This document shows positions 51,502-64,000 of a DNA stretch of 64,000 nt, piece by piece; the stretch's first letter is position 1, and every line of letters begins with the position of its first letter. The stretch is from contig NC_057749.1 in assembly GCF_004010195.1 (NCBI RefSeq), positions 13,239,840-13,303,839 on the forward strand, written 5' to 3'. The translations under genes and the position numbers were made by a program. The DNA is from Chiloscyllium plagiosum. Lineage: Eukaryota. The notes beneath the pieces are model-generated. The model had not been told where the DNA came from, searched no databases, and was given only the letters and a program-made list of their open reading frames with translations.

Positions 51502-51592
51502 CAGCAGAATGGATAGGACATTCTTAGAATGTAGCAGGTGCCTCCATTAAGACAGTAGGAATTGTAGATGTTTGGGCAGAGCTGACCATGTG
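51502..51592 (-). CDS. nrg4: NRG4 EGF-domain exon (Cys1-4), 91 nt
   Basis: ttttctgttag|CA CAT... Encodes HGQLCPNIYNSYCLNGGTCYILRMSYPFC, then TG|gtaagt. Shows neuregulin-type H..C and CLNGG.C motifs and the conserved phase-2 intron after Cys4. Confidence 0.9.
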
Positions 51593-51677
51593 CTAACAGA
51601 AAAGAAAAGAGTCAAAAGTAATGATTATCATGGCAAAATCTTTAGGAAAAAAGCCATAGCGTGAGTGAAATGCTTAC

Positions 51678-51740
51678 CTGTTACATTGCTGTTTGACTTG
51701 CTATTCTATTACAGCTCAAGTACGGTATGATTGAGCTGTC
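51678..51740 (-). other. nrg4: Candidate NRG4 5'UTR/start exon (reads ATG TAA CAG|gtaagc)
   Basis: Strong donor CAG|GTAAGC 85 nt upstream of the EGF exon. The ending resembles the ATGnnnACAG|gt start exon of tetrapod NRG4 but is 1 nt short. The acceptor (ctttag) is weak. Confidence 0.5.
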
Positions 51741-54700
51741 CTAAAGTTGTTTCTGTACATTTTACATATTTGATTCAAATTCCAAGAAACTTTGCCAGTT
51801 CCTGGTTGTTTGTGTTGCTGAGTCCAGTTCACTTAGCTGGCGGCAGAATGAGATGACAAAACAAGGACAGAGACACCAACATCGAGGAGTCTGGATTTGC
51901 ACAGTATGAGCAACAGATGCTAGACAGCAGTGTCTATGTATACAATCATTGGTCAGACCTTAAGTGCTTTATTGTTGTCAGTTAAGGGGAGACAGTGATG
52001 TAATGGTAAAATCCCTGGACTAGTAATCCAAAGCCTTCAAGCTAATGTTCTGGAGGTCAAGGGTTCAAATTCTGCCATGGTAGCAATTTAAATCCAGTTT
52101 TTTAAAGAAAAGTAATATCTAGGATATACACTAGTCAAATGGTGGCCATATAGCAACTGTTTTTATTTTTGAAAGCCCATCTGTTTCCCTCATGCCTTTT
52201 AGCAAAGTAAATGTACCATCCTGACTTACTCTGGCCTGTATGTGACTCCAGACACACAGCAATGATGTTGATTCTGATCTGTCTTTTGAAATGGTATTAG
52301 TGAGCCACTGAAGGGACGGGGAACTAATGTTGCCAGTGACACCCACATCCCATGGAAGAATAACAGAGGAAAGTTCTGAAACCTACACAGTCCAAAACCA
52401 CAGAGAGGATTTTCTCAAATGGCTCTGGTGATCAGGACTCCAAATATGGGAAGATAAATTAGGCTTATTGTCCTTGGAGAAGAAAAGGTGAAGGAGACGT
52501 TTATTCGAACTGTTCAAAGGCTTTGATAATTGAGAGGGAGAAATTGTTTCCATTAGCAGGAGAGTCGATAACTGGAGTACAGAGATTTAAGATAAAACAG
52601 GCAAAAGAAGCAGCAAAGAAATGAGTAATGTTTACTGTCACACAATGGATTGTCAGACTCAAAAGTGACACTGATCTAAAGCAAGAGATATGAAGAAGGT
52701 TCACTATATGCTTGATCAAAGGGATAAGTTTTCTTAATAAAGGATTTGCATTTTTCACTGCACCTTCCATAACTCCAGGATGATTCAAAACATGTTAAAT
52801 AAGATCATGAGAGTCCATATTCTGACAATATAATGATGTTTGTACTGCAGTGCTGTACTATAGTGAGTAAATAAAAAGAATTTGTTAGAATTCCTAAGTG
52901 ACAGACCATGGTCACTCTGTTAAGGCACAGACCTTGAGACATCACACTGACACTGAAGACAGTGCAGTTACCAAACCTCCAGCCTCAAACTTCATGTCTC
53001 GCCCCCAAGACCTGACTGGGCAGGGGGTCAGCTGGACAGCTTGACACAACGTCAAAGCCATGTCGATAATGCAAACATTAGTGGCAGCAGGTTAAATAAT
53101 TTTACAGCCAAGTTAGTACTTTTGACGTGTAATTGTTCTCATAATGTGGGGGACAGTGTATAAGGAGAGGCAAAGAGACTCAGAGTTTACAGAGCTGAAG
53201 GCACAAGTGACTAGGATGCAGAGAAGAAAGGGTACGAGAGGTTGGAGTTGGAGAAGCACAATGTTGGAACGTTGCAGGAGTGGTTAAAACTGAAATGGCT
53301 GAGGTTGTGGAAGGACCAGAAGGAGTTGGTCCTTGTGGAAGGACCTTGGATTTGGAGTTGTAGAAATTCAGAGACCAGGAGCGAATGAAGATTCTTGAAC
53401 AAAACTTGAAAGGTTTCAGAAAAGATTTACAAGGATGTTGCCAGGTTTGGATGGTTTGCGCTATAGGGAGAGGCTGAACAGGCTGGGGCTGTTTTCCCTG
53501 GAGCATCAGAGACAAGGCGGTGACCTTATATATCAGTGGGAGACGATGGCCTAGTGCTATTATCGCTGGACTATTAACTCAGAGACCCAGGTAATGTTCG
53601 AAGGGCCAGGGTTTGAATCCCACTGTACCAGATGGTGGAATTTGGATTCAACAAAAGAAAAAAAAAATCTGGAATTAGTCCTTAGACTCTGAGGCAGTAG
53701 AGAAGGTTTACTAGACTGATGCCAGGTACAGGAGGTTTGTCTTATGAGGAGAGGTTAGGTAGATTAGGCCTGTACTTGTTAGAGCATAGAAGAATCAAAG
53801 ATATTGAAACCTACAAGATTCTTAGGGGACTTAAGGGGGAAGATGCAGAAAGGTTATTTCCCCTTCTGGGAGAGTCTAAGATGTCATCTCAGAATAAGGG
53901 ATTGTACATTTAAGACACAAACAAGGAGGAATTTCTTGTCTCAGAAGGTTGCAGGGGTCAATTAGCTCAGTTGGCCATACAGCTAGTTATTCATGCCAGT
54001 GCTATGGGTCCTGTTCCCACAGTAGTTGAGATTACCATGACAGACTCTCCATCTGAACCTCTTCCCTTGCCTGGTTACCCGCAGGTTAGGCCACCACCCG
54101 TTGCCTCTTTTTAATGAGAGAGCAGCCCTATAGATAACGGCGACTTTACCTTTCAATCTGTGGAATTGTTTACCATAGACAGTGGGTCATTAAGCATATT
54201 CAAGGCTAATATGGATTTTTAATGAGAAAGGGAATCAAAGGTAATGGGGCAAAAGCAGGAAAGCTGAGTGAGGTTTATCAGACAAGCCATGACCTCATTA
54301 AATGGTGGAGCAGACTCAATGGGCTGAATGGCCTACTTCTGCTTTTGCCAATGTAATCTCGCTGGTGACAGAATGTTAGATTCCCAAAGAGGAGAGTTAG
54401 GAAACTCAAAACATACTGACTGTTTTAGAGTTTCTTACTGTAGGATGATATCGGATGTCAATGATCTGGAATGTCAAATGTTGACACTTACTATCCAGAT
54501 TTGATGTGGTTGTCAAAGCAACTGTGATGAGTTCATGTTACTATTATACTATCAATGGCAACAAATTTCCAGAGAAGAGGCAATCTGAAGAATGCATTAC
54601 CAGCAGATCCTGTGAGCGCCCTTCGTGAGCTGGGCAGGCTGGGGCAGGGATGGCATCAAATAGTGGGTATGTGGATTAACAGATACATGTGAGCTGCTGA

Positions 54701-55332
54701 GGAGGAAGCTGCACAACTTCAGTGTTCACACACCGTCAGGATGGCTGATGGCGGAAGCTAACGTAGGAGGGAGTAATCTGACCACTGCCATGCATGATCC
54801 ATGAATGCTTGACACGAACAATGAGAGTGAAACGTGAGGAAGTTTCCGTAACCCAACACTGACATTCCTCGCCACGTGATCACTCAGAATTTGTGAAATC
54901 AGAAGTACGAAGGGGCCAAATATCTACTTTTCAGCTAAAGAAGAAATGCTTGCATTTATATTTCTCAACTTCAGACGCAATGCTGCAAATTGACACACAT
55001 CACAAGTGGAAAATAAGATTAATTACTAGTTAGTTGATGAAGGCGGTTAGGAGCAGGAATACGTCATTTGATCCTCTCAAGCCTGTCCCACCATTCGGTA
55101 AAATCAACTGACCGTAGCCTCAAATCCGCATTCCTGCCCGCCCCCATTATCCTTTGACTTTCTCATTAGTCAAGTATCTATCTATCTTCATCTTGAAAAT
55201 AGTCAGTGACACTGCCTCTCTGGGGAAGGGAGTTCCATGCATTCATGATTCTCTGAGAGAGAAACCGTCTCCTCATTGCCGTCTCAAGTGGAAGGAAGAG
55301 GAGGAATGTCTACTCAGGGTCCTGGGAAAGCT

Positions 55333-55557
55333 AGGAGAAAGTGAGGACTGTAGATGCTGGAGATCAGAGTTAAGAGTGTTGTGCAGGAAAAGCACGGCAG
55401 GTCAGGCAGCATCTGAGGAGCAGGAGAATCGACTTTTCAGGCAAGAGCCGATCATCAGGATTCATTCCTGATGAAAGGCTCTTGCCCAAAACGTCAATTC
55501 CCCTGCTCCTCGGATGCAGCCTGACCTGCTGTGGCTTTACCAACACCACACTCTCAA
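55333..55557. mobile_element. Hairpin-shaped PLE-derived element (family A) with two decayed back-to-back hammerhead motifs
   Basis: Inverted repeat. 13-bp TSD TCCTGGGAAAGCT at 55320-55332 and 55558-55570. Other family-A copies at ~19765-19922, 43110-43210, 51254-51345 (12-bp TSD) and 63048-63146. Confidence 0.78.
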
Positions 55558-58500
55558 TCCTGGGAAAGCTCCCTGTTCAACTTCAACACGTGTCATAGCA
55601 CTCATTACATCCACTCTTGTAATCAGACATGTCTCATTTGAAATGCACCTCTGGCAATACAGGGCTCCCACTAACACATCAGGCTAAATTATCTGCTCAA
55701 AATCCAACAACGGGTATCCATTAGGCTCTCTATTTTGCTAACAGGTCTAAGATGACACCATTTATAACATTACTTACATTCTTCAATTCTTAGGTGTTAA
55801 TTTAACATAATACCAATCCCTCAGGGATGGCCATTTGATGGCTATTACAGACCACAATTACAGGAATCAAAAGAAGAAAGACATGCATTTATATAGCACC
55901 TTTCCCAACTGTGGACACCTCAAAGTGCTTTACAGCAAGCAAGGAACTTTTGAAATACTGTTACAAAGGGAGAAAATGTGGTGTCAAAATGCCTCAGTAA
56001 ACACACGACATGCAGTACGGAGATAAAGCCTTGACCAGTCAAATGGCCAAGTCCTGCACTGATCTTCAATGTTTCTATGATGAGAATATGATAACTATTG
56101 GAGTGTGAATGCCACTCCTTTGGGGTTAGTGTCTTATTCACATGACGACGAGTTTGAAATGGGATTATGATTGGCATGGATTGGTTGGACCAAAGGGTCT
56201 GTTTCTGTGCTGCATGACTCAATGAATTGGCAGCAGGGGATGAAGATTTGGTGCAAAAGTGACAGGAAGCACAGACCTACTTATCCTCCAGTTCCATTGA
56301 CTGAGCATGCCTCAGGACAGAAGTTGGATTGAGTGGCTTGTGGTTTGCCCTATTGAGGGACTTAAGTTGTGACATAATGGTAATGTTACCAGACTGGCTA
56401 ACTTAGATATCTATAATGATCGTCTGGAGATATCAGTTTGAATCCCATCACAGAATTAATCTGGAATATAATGAGAGTCTCAGAGATGATAACCATGAAT
56501 GTTGTCACTGTTGTAATAACTCATCTGGTTCACTAAAGGCCTTTAGAACATAGAACTGTACAGCACAGGAACGTGCTCCTCAGATCATGATGTTGTGCCG
56601 AATATGGCGCCAAATTAAACTAATCCCTTCAACCTGCCCTTGCTCCATATCCATCCATTCCTTGCATATTCATGTGCTTCACTAAAAGTCCCTTAAACAT
56701 CCCTATCAGAGCTGCCTCTTCCACCACCCCCGGCAGCGTGTTCCAGACTCCTAGTACACTCTGTGCAAACAATTTTCCCCTCACATCTCCTTTGAACTTG
56801 CCCCCTCTCACCTAAAATGTATGCCCTGTAGTATTAGACATTTTGACTCTGGGAAAAAGATTCTGACCATCAACCCATCAACATCACATTACTTTATAAA
56901 TTTCTACCAAGTCTCCCCTCAACCCCACTGCTCCAGGGAAAACAACCCGAGTTTTTCTAGCCTCTCGTTATAGCTCAAGTCTTATAACTCTTTTAGGAAA
57001 GGAAATCCGCTGCCCTTACCCGGTCTGTCCAACATGTGACTCCAGACCACAGCAATGTGGTTGAGTTTAAAGGTAGAAAGGCCTAACAAGCCACTTAGTT
57101 CAAGGGGCAGTTAGGGACAGGAAACAACTGCTGGCCTTGCCAGTGGTGCTCACACGCTGTGAAACATAACACCAATATTTAAAAGCAAAATATCGCAGAT
57201 GCTGGAAATCTGAAACAAACTATGGAGAATGCTGGAGAAACTCAGCAATTCTGGCAGCATCCGTGGAGAGAGAAACAGGGTTAACATTTTGAGTTCAGTC
57301 TGATCCTTCTTTAGATCTCAGCACAACCGCCAAATCAAGCAACAACATTTGCTGTTTAGGCTCAGGGTAAGCGGTTGGTGTCTTGAACAAGGTGTCACAG
57401 GAGGTTATCCCCTGGCAATCCAGTGATGGGTCAGCACATTCTGGGGAAGGAGTGAAAGGGAAATGTTTGAAAAAAAATGGATATTGAATATAAGTCAAAA
57501 GGCTAAAGTGGAAGCTCAATATGAAGTGGTTCAATGTCCCACAGATTTAATTATCAATATTTTCTGATCAACAGTATTATTACTTGACTTGAATCCAGAA
57601 CTCTTGGCTGAAAGGTAGGGCACTACTACTGCACCACACAAGCCCTACAGATTTGATTATGGTGCAAGGGTCTATGCTTTCTGTCTTCCTTGCCAGTTTT
57701 AACTTTACACAACTCCCCACAGAGTGGATGCAGACCATTCTACCTATCGAGTCCAGACCAACACTCCAAAGAGAATCACTCCCAGACCCACCCCTACCCC
57801 ATCCCTGTGTTTCTTGTGGCTAATCCACTTAGCCCACACATCCACAGACACTATGGTCAATTTAGAATGGCCAAGTCACCTAACCTGCACATCTTTGGAC
57901 TGTGGGCGGAAACCCACACAGACATGGGGAGAATGTGTAAACCCCACAAAGGCAGCTGCCCAAGGCTAGAATCGAACCCAGGTCCATGCTGCTGTGAGGC
58001 AGTAGTGCTAACCACTGAGCCACAATGCCATCCTCTCTTGTGTTATAACAAATCTATAAACAGCACCCTCTCATAACATGGCCAAGGTTCTCAATCCCAA
58101 CAAAGTTTAGAATGTTTTTGTTCTCCTTTATATCCCATTAATCCTGATTCCATTCCCTACCTGGCGTTGCCATGTCCCAGTGCTCCTTGTGACCCACGTT
58201 AATTTTCCTGCAAAATGAGAAAGATCAGTTCAGACAGCCGGCATGGTCTCAGTTGGCATTTTATCAAATTGCAACGGTAAAGTCAGTCACAGCAGGGAAG
58301 AAACAGTAATGCTCAGTGTGACACTGGGATGACGTAAAAGGAATCTACCAAGGATATGCAACAACAACTTGCATTCATATTACACCCTTACCATCCCCAA
58401 GGCACTTCTTTAAGGGTTGGACAAAGTTTGACACTGAGCTACATTGGGAAGTTTTAGAACGGGTTACCAGATCTTGGTTTTGAAGTAAGTTAAAGAAGAT

Positions 58501-59924
58501 GTGGAGAAGATTTAGGGAGGGAATTGCAGAGCTCAGAATCTCTACACAACTAATGGAATGGATGCCAGTGATGGAGCAGTTAAATCGGAGGATGCTCAAG
58601 AGGCTGGATTTGAGGAGTGCAAAAACCTTGGAGGATTGGAGGAGATTGTGGAGATAGAGAGGTGAGAACCAGGGAGGAGCACATCTCTGTTAGATTGGGC
58701 TGATTAGCCAGTGTGTGGGTCAGAAATAGCATCAACTCTGCCAGTTCAATTCCTGTTCCAACTGAGCTAGACTTACCATCTGACTCTGAGTATTGAAAAC
58801 AGCAGCAAGTCACCACTGAGGAGCTACTGCCATGACAGCAGCTCAGGGTGAAGCTTCAAGAGTTCCGGTAAAAAGCCAAGGACCTGCCTCAAGTGAAGTT
58901 CATCAAGAGTCAGGCCAATTAGGAGCAGGAACACCAGTTCTTTCATTCTCCTGCCTTCTTACCATCTAAGACAAAGGAAGTTTTGCATTTCTATAGTGCC
59001 TTTCACAGCCACAGGATGTCCCAATCATCTTTGTGGTTAACAAATTACTTTGTGGAATGTTGTCACATCGAAGACATGGCAGTCAACTCGCATGCATCAA
59101 AGATGCCACAAAGAGCAATGTAATCATCTGCTTTTGTTATACTGGGTGAAGGTTAAGTATCAGCTAGGACACAAAAATAAACAACCTTCTCTAATCTTCT
59201 TTGCAAGGTTGAGAGGGAAAATTCCATCTGAAAGGTTGGCAACAGTGCTACACTTGCTTAGCATTGCAGTGAGTTCTCAGTCGAGATTTTTATGCTCAAG
59301 TCTCAGAAACAGGATTTGTAACGATGATCTCCTGACTCAGAAACAAGAGTGTTAAGCTGTGAGTTACAGCTGTCAACTAAATTTGAACAAATTGAGAGTT
59401 AAACAGAGATTGTGGTTTACAGTCATAGAGTCATAAAGCTGTATACCAAGGAAGCAGAGCCTTTAATTCAACTTGTCCATGCCGACCGGATATCCTAAAT
59501 GAATCTAGTCCCATTTGCCAGCATTTGGCCCATATCCCTCTAAACCCTTCCTATTCATATGTCCATCCAGATGCTTTTTAAATGTTGTAATTATAACAAC
59601 CTCCACTGCTTCCTTTTCAGCTCCTTCCACATACTCACCACTGTCTGTGTGAAAATGTTGCCCCTTAGGTCACTTTTAAGTCTTTCCCCTCTCACCTTAA
59701 ACCTATGCCCTCCAGTTTTGGACTCCCCTACCTTGCGGAGAAGACCTTAACTATTCACCCTATCCATGACCCTCATGATTTTATAAACCTCTATAAGGTC
59801 ACCCCTCAGCCTCTGACATTCCAGGGGAAATAGCCACAACCTATTAAGCCTCTCCTTAATAGCTTAAGCCCTCCAACCCTGGCAACATCCTTGTAAATCT
59901 TTTCTGAATCATTTTATCCTTCTC

Positions 59925-60400
59925 AGTGTTGGTGCCTCTGACTCAGAAGGTTGTGGGGTCTACGGTCCCACTCCTGGACTTTAGCATGAAAATCTTGCTT
60001 TCTATTTCCAACACAGCACTGAGGAAATGCTGCATTGTCACAGATGCTACCTTTTGTATCAAATGTTAAACCAAGGTTCCACATTCCCCTGAGTAGGAAA
60101 ACAAAAGTTCCTTTCATGCTATTTCAAAGATGAACAGGGGAGATCAGTATTTCCATCAGTAAATATGACAGAACCAAATTATTTTCTCATCATAGCACTA
60201 GCAAGTCATATATTGGCATGTCTCAATGAAAGCATCATTGATATAAAGGTGATTTCTGTTGCCTTTTTGAGGGAGCTTGCTGTGTGCAAATTGGATGCCA
60301 CATTGCATTCACTCAAGATTGGCTGCAAAAGGAATTTTATAAACACAAGATATTTTGGATGTGTTCTGACTGTCAGTAAGAGGGTACACAGTTCACAAGC
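59925..60400 (+). mobile_element. Deu-domain SINE (SacSINE1/AmnSINE1-like), decayed
   Basis: Contains atgttaaaccaagg...catgctatttcaaagatgaacagggg...gggagcttgctgtgtgcaaattgg, recalled as Deu-domain sequence. Related copies at ~1060-1300, 35705-36110(-), 37770-38060, 47350-47870 and 58970-59370(-). Confidence 0.55.
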
Positions 60401-61714
60401 ATCATTTATGACACTGAAATGAGACTGCACATTTCACAGCAAAAGAAACCAACACACCGCCATCTTTACATAAGTTGAACCCTCACAAAACCACCCAAAC
60501 CCAAAATGAAATCCTCTGTACTTACTTCTAATGCAGCCCGCAGTTGGTTATTGCTCCTCTACATATACTTCGACATCCGCCCAATTTGTATTCAGCTCTT
60601 CACTACTGGTGGGGAGTGTGCTGGGTGTGAAATCTATTCCAATTCCCCTGAGGCAAATATAATGAAAGAATCTGTTGGTTTTGGAACAGTGTTAAAAATC
60701 ACACAACTCCAGGTTATAGTGACAGTGTGTAGTAAAAAAGCTTCCTTTCCTGCATTCCCAGAATGTGAGTGTCACTGGCTTGGCTAGCACGTGTTAGCCG
60801 TCCCCAATTGCCCATGAGTAGGGGGTGAAGAACCCAAAATAACAAGTACATCAGCTCTTCAGTGTGTCGCAACTCAACACTGAGCTCTGTAAACAACACT
60901 TGAACATTGTTTGACTGACTTTTGCTAGCTCAAAGTCACATGCTTATTCTGGGTGGACCAAGTCTTCGTTGACTTCTCTTCCACTTGCTTGTTCCTGCGT
61001 TCTCTGGCTTGGCTGATGGCCCAGTTAGATCATATCTCTCAAATCTCTTTCCTTATATGTGATCTCTATTTTGATGAATAAGCAGGGAGGCTGGAGCCAA
61101 ATTTGTGAAATTTTAACACAAAGGGATATGCAGTGTCAGAATGTGAGCAGAAATTTCCCATCGAAGACTTTTCACCCGAGGCAGTAGTGATTTGGAAACC
61201 ACCTTTTACAACATGGTCCTTTCATTACGACATGCTATAACTAGTCAGTGCATGTAACAGCACCCTATGTTCAACAGGTTTGTATAAAAACTGCAGATGC
61301 ACAAAATGAATTAACTCTTCCTAAGTTAGAATGTAAGATTTATAAGTACCAGGTCAAGGCTGTTAGTCACAAAATACACAGTTCTTCCCCTACTTTTCCA
61401 ATTGAATTACCACTTTTTCTCCCAATCATTTCTACTGTCTTCAGAAATGTTTCTAACATCCCATTATTCCTCCTTACTTAAATAATTTTCCCTGCTGAGT
61501 TATTCCACAATTATGGATGCAACAAATGAAAAATGCTGTAAGTCAATCTCTACTTGTGTTATTCCATTTACATGTCATAAAACATTCCATCCTGCACATA
61601 ATAGCCTCCCCACCCTACACACATTATTCTCCCACCTTGCACAATACACCCCTCCCACTTTACACACAATACCTCACATCCCACACACAATGACCCACAC
61701 CCAATGCCTCACGT

Positions 61715-62085
61715 AATAGTAATGTCACTGCAGTAATAATTCAGTACGCAGAGGCCATGGGTTCAAATCCCATCAGCAGCTGCTGGAATTCAAATTCAAT
61801 TAGCAAAGCAAATTAAAAAGTTCTGGAATCAAATGTGAACTGCAGTCATGATGACCATTACAACTATTGCCAATTGTTGTATAAACCCATGTATTTCACT
61901 TTTGGGAGGGAAATCTGCCACCTCCACCTGGTCTGGCCGACAAGTGACTCCAGACTCACAGTAAATGAGGTTGACTCATAGCTGCCCTCTGAAATGGCTG
62001 AGTGAGTCACTTCGTCCAAGAGTAGTCAGGGATGGAGAACAAATGCTGGCCTGACCAATGATACCCACATCCCATAAAATAATGA
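61715..62085 (+). mobile_element. Second tRNA-derived SINE family (decayed)
   Basis: gtaatgtcact...gggttcaaatccc head and a ggaaatctgcc...gtgactccaga...ggttgactc...tgccctctgaaatggc body. Recurs at ~17990-18180, 39320-39650(-), 47025-47320, 49920-50210, 51985-52340 and 56365-57160. Confidence 0.6.
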
Positions 62086-63109
62086 AAAAAAAGTACAATC
62101 ACAATATTCAACTCCATATGCCTTTTCGTCACAGTTTGCTCAATGCATTTGGTTTATTTTGCTTGTTTACTTTGTGATACCTTGCCATTTGCAGGTGGAC
62201 TGCAGTGTTTTGTACAACAATTGCAAAACTAATGCATGGAATGCCTTGAATTCATGAAAGGTACGTTGCCAATACAAGTCTTCAGTTTTCTGATATGGCT
62301 CCCTTTGGTCACCCTGGCCAAACGGATCCTTACCTGGCTCACTCACAGCTTTTCTTCCTACTTGTTAAAGGTATTATATAGATGCAAATTGTTGTTGTAT
62401 TAAGCATATTTAATGCAGGGCCTCCAGCTGCTCTGTATTTTGACAAACCATTAAAGGGCATTTTTATTCTGATTCAGGTGAGTTAGATTCAATAGTTTAG
62501 TTGTTGAATCTATTTTTGCATTGTCTGATCATCAGTGGTTTTACCAAAACTAGACTCAACGAACAAACAAGAGCAGCCAGGTCCCCAGACAGGATAGAAA
62601 AGAGCATCGTTGGCATCAATGTTGACCAGGGATTGGATGGGTCATTGTGGTTCATGATCACATAGTCTGTGTAGTGCGGTGGTAGGAGTTGGTCTCTGTC
62701 GATGTACCGAGTCTCATTGTGTTAGACATTGATCCTGAGTGTAGACATGAAGGACCTTCCACTAGCAAGCCCTTGTGTTTTCCCCACCCCAGCATTATTG
62801 ATGGAACAGCCAATCTTAGGCAATGGTACATTTTTGTAAGTTGCAATGTTATTGTTTTCCTCGACATCCAGTTACTGTGTTGGGAAACTGCACAACTGAG
62901 CTCCTCTGATATAAAATTCCCATTGAGTTTTGTTTGAAGTTAAGCAGAAATAACAAGGAAAAGGAAGGAAATAGATTTGAATTTACATAGTGTCCTTAAG
63001 TGCTACGCAGCCAATTGGTTCTTTTTGAATTCTAGTAATGCAGGAAACAAAGTTGAAACTTTATTGCTGGAACAGCACAGCAGGTCAGGCAGCATCCAGG
63101 GAACAGGAG

Positions 63110-63145
63110 ATTCTACGTTTCGGGCACAGGCCCTTCTTCAGGAAT
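63110..63145 (-). ncRNA. Minimal hammerhead ribozyme motif, family A, GUA triplet
   Basis: AUUC-CUGAAGA-A-GGGC-CUGU-GCCC-GAA-ACGU-A-GAAU. Differs from the 40505 copy only at the H17 position. Confidence 0.75.
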
Positions 63146-63755
63146 CACAGGAATCTAATGTTGGACATTATGCTCTGACTTTTGCATATGCCTTGCATGC
63201 TTCTAATAATGGATAATATGTTTGCATTATTTGAATCTACAGTTACATGTAACAATCTCCATACACAAATTAATGAACTCCATCCAAAGATATGCAGGTT
63301 AGGGTGGATTGGCCATGCTAAAGTGCCCATAGTGTCCAGGGATGTGTAGGTTGGATGAATTAGCCATGGGAAAGGCATGGTTACAGGGATAGGATGGAGG
63401 GGGTGGGTGGGTCTGTGTGGGATGCTCATCGGAGGGTCACTGTGGACCTGGTGGGCTGAATGGCCTGCTTCCACACTGTAGGGACTCTATGATTCTATGA
63501 TCCAGCACTTGTACTCATCTTTGTAAAGGGGCAGCCTTTTCCTTGATGTGCTCATTGGGGAAAGGCATTAATGGGTTTTCTACTTCTGCCTGACACATAC
63601 CACCCTCCATCACTGGTCAATACACACATTGGGATTCCTACAATTCTACTCACTCAACCTTAGGAACAGAGTTTGAGGCATTTTCTCATTGGAAAGCTTG
63701 CTATCCAAATAGGGTATATGAAAGCCATCTTGCAGGATAGTTATCAATCAGATAA

Positions 63756-64000
63756 CGGTGGCACAGTGGTTAGCACTGCTGCCTCGCAGCGCCAGAGACC
63801 CGGGTTCAATTCCCGCCTCAGGCGACTGACTGTGTGGAGTTTGCACATTCTCCCCGTGTCTGCGTGGGTTTCCTCCGGGTGCTCCGGTTTCCTCCCACAC
63901 TCCAAAGATGTGCAAGTCAGGTGAATTGGCCATGCTAAATTGCCCGTAGTGTTAGGTAGGGGTAAATGTAGGGGTATGGGTGGGTTACGCTTCGGCGGGT
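63756..64000 (+). mobile_element. HE1-type tRNA-derived V-SINE (young copy, truncated by the window end)
   Basis: tRNA-like head with A/B boxes (tggcacagtggttagc...gggttcaattccc), followed by the V-domain ctgtgtggagtttgcacattctccccgtgtctgcgtgggtttcctcc. Confidence 0.85.

Noticed and set aside
62330-62395. Possible NRG4 first exon (TATATAA...GAGCCAG|GTAAGG on the - strand)
   Set aside because: The TATA-like sequence resembles the common Deu-SINE tail (ttgcatttatatagc), and there is no independent support.
63756-63830. tRNA-like sequence
   Set aside because: It is the SINE head. It continues into the V-domain and no full cloverleaf is evident.

Overview
Vertebrate genomic DNA, almost certainly from a shark, judged by HE1/V-SINEs, Deu-type SINEs, CR1/HER1-like LINE tails and Penelope-like elements (PLEs). 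There are two 500-N gaps. Three genes can be reconstructed by hand. (1) A single-exon GAS1-family gene on the - strand (7276-8067). (2) FBXO22 coding exons 3-7 on the + strand (19988-35044), with a GC-AG intron after exon 5. Exons 1-2 were not found, so the GAS1-like gene is probably nested antisense in an FBXO22 intron. (3) An NRG4-like neuregulin on the - strand (46130-51740), whose expected start exon reads ATG-TAA. The most striking non-genic signal is four distinct PLE-related families that each carry a minimal hammerhead ribozyme motif with a palindromic 4-nt stem III. Many copies are short hairpin-shaped insertions with 12-14 bp target-site duplications (TSDs). Solo LTRs, nested insertions, a 204-bp tandem duplication and a 36-bp A/B minisatellite are also present. 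Coordinates were read by eye. Gene and repeat names come from recalled similarity, not database searches.
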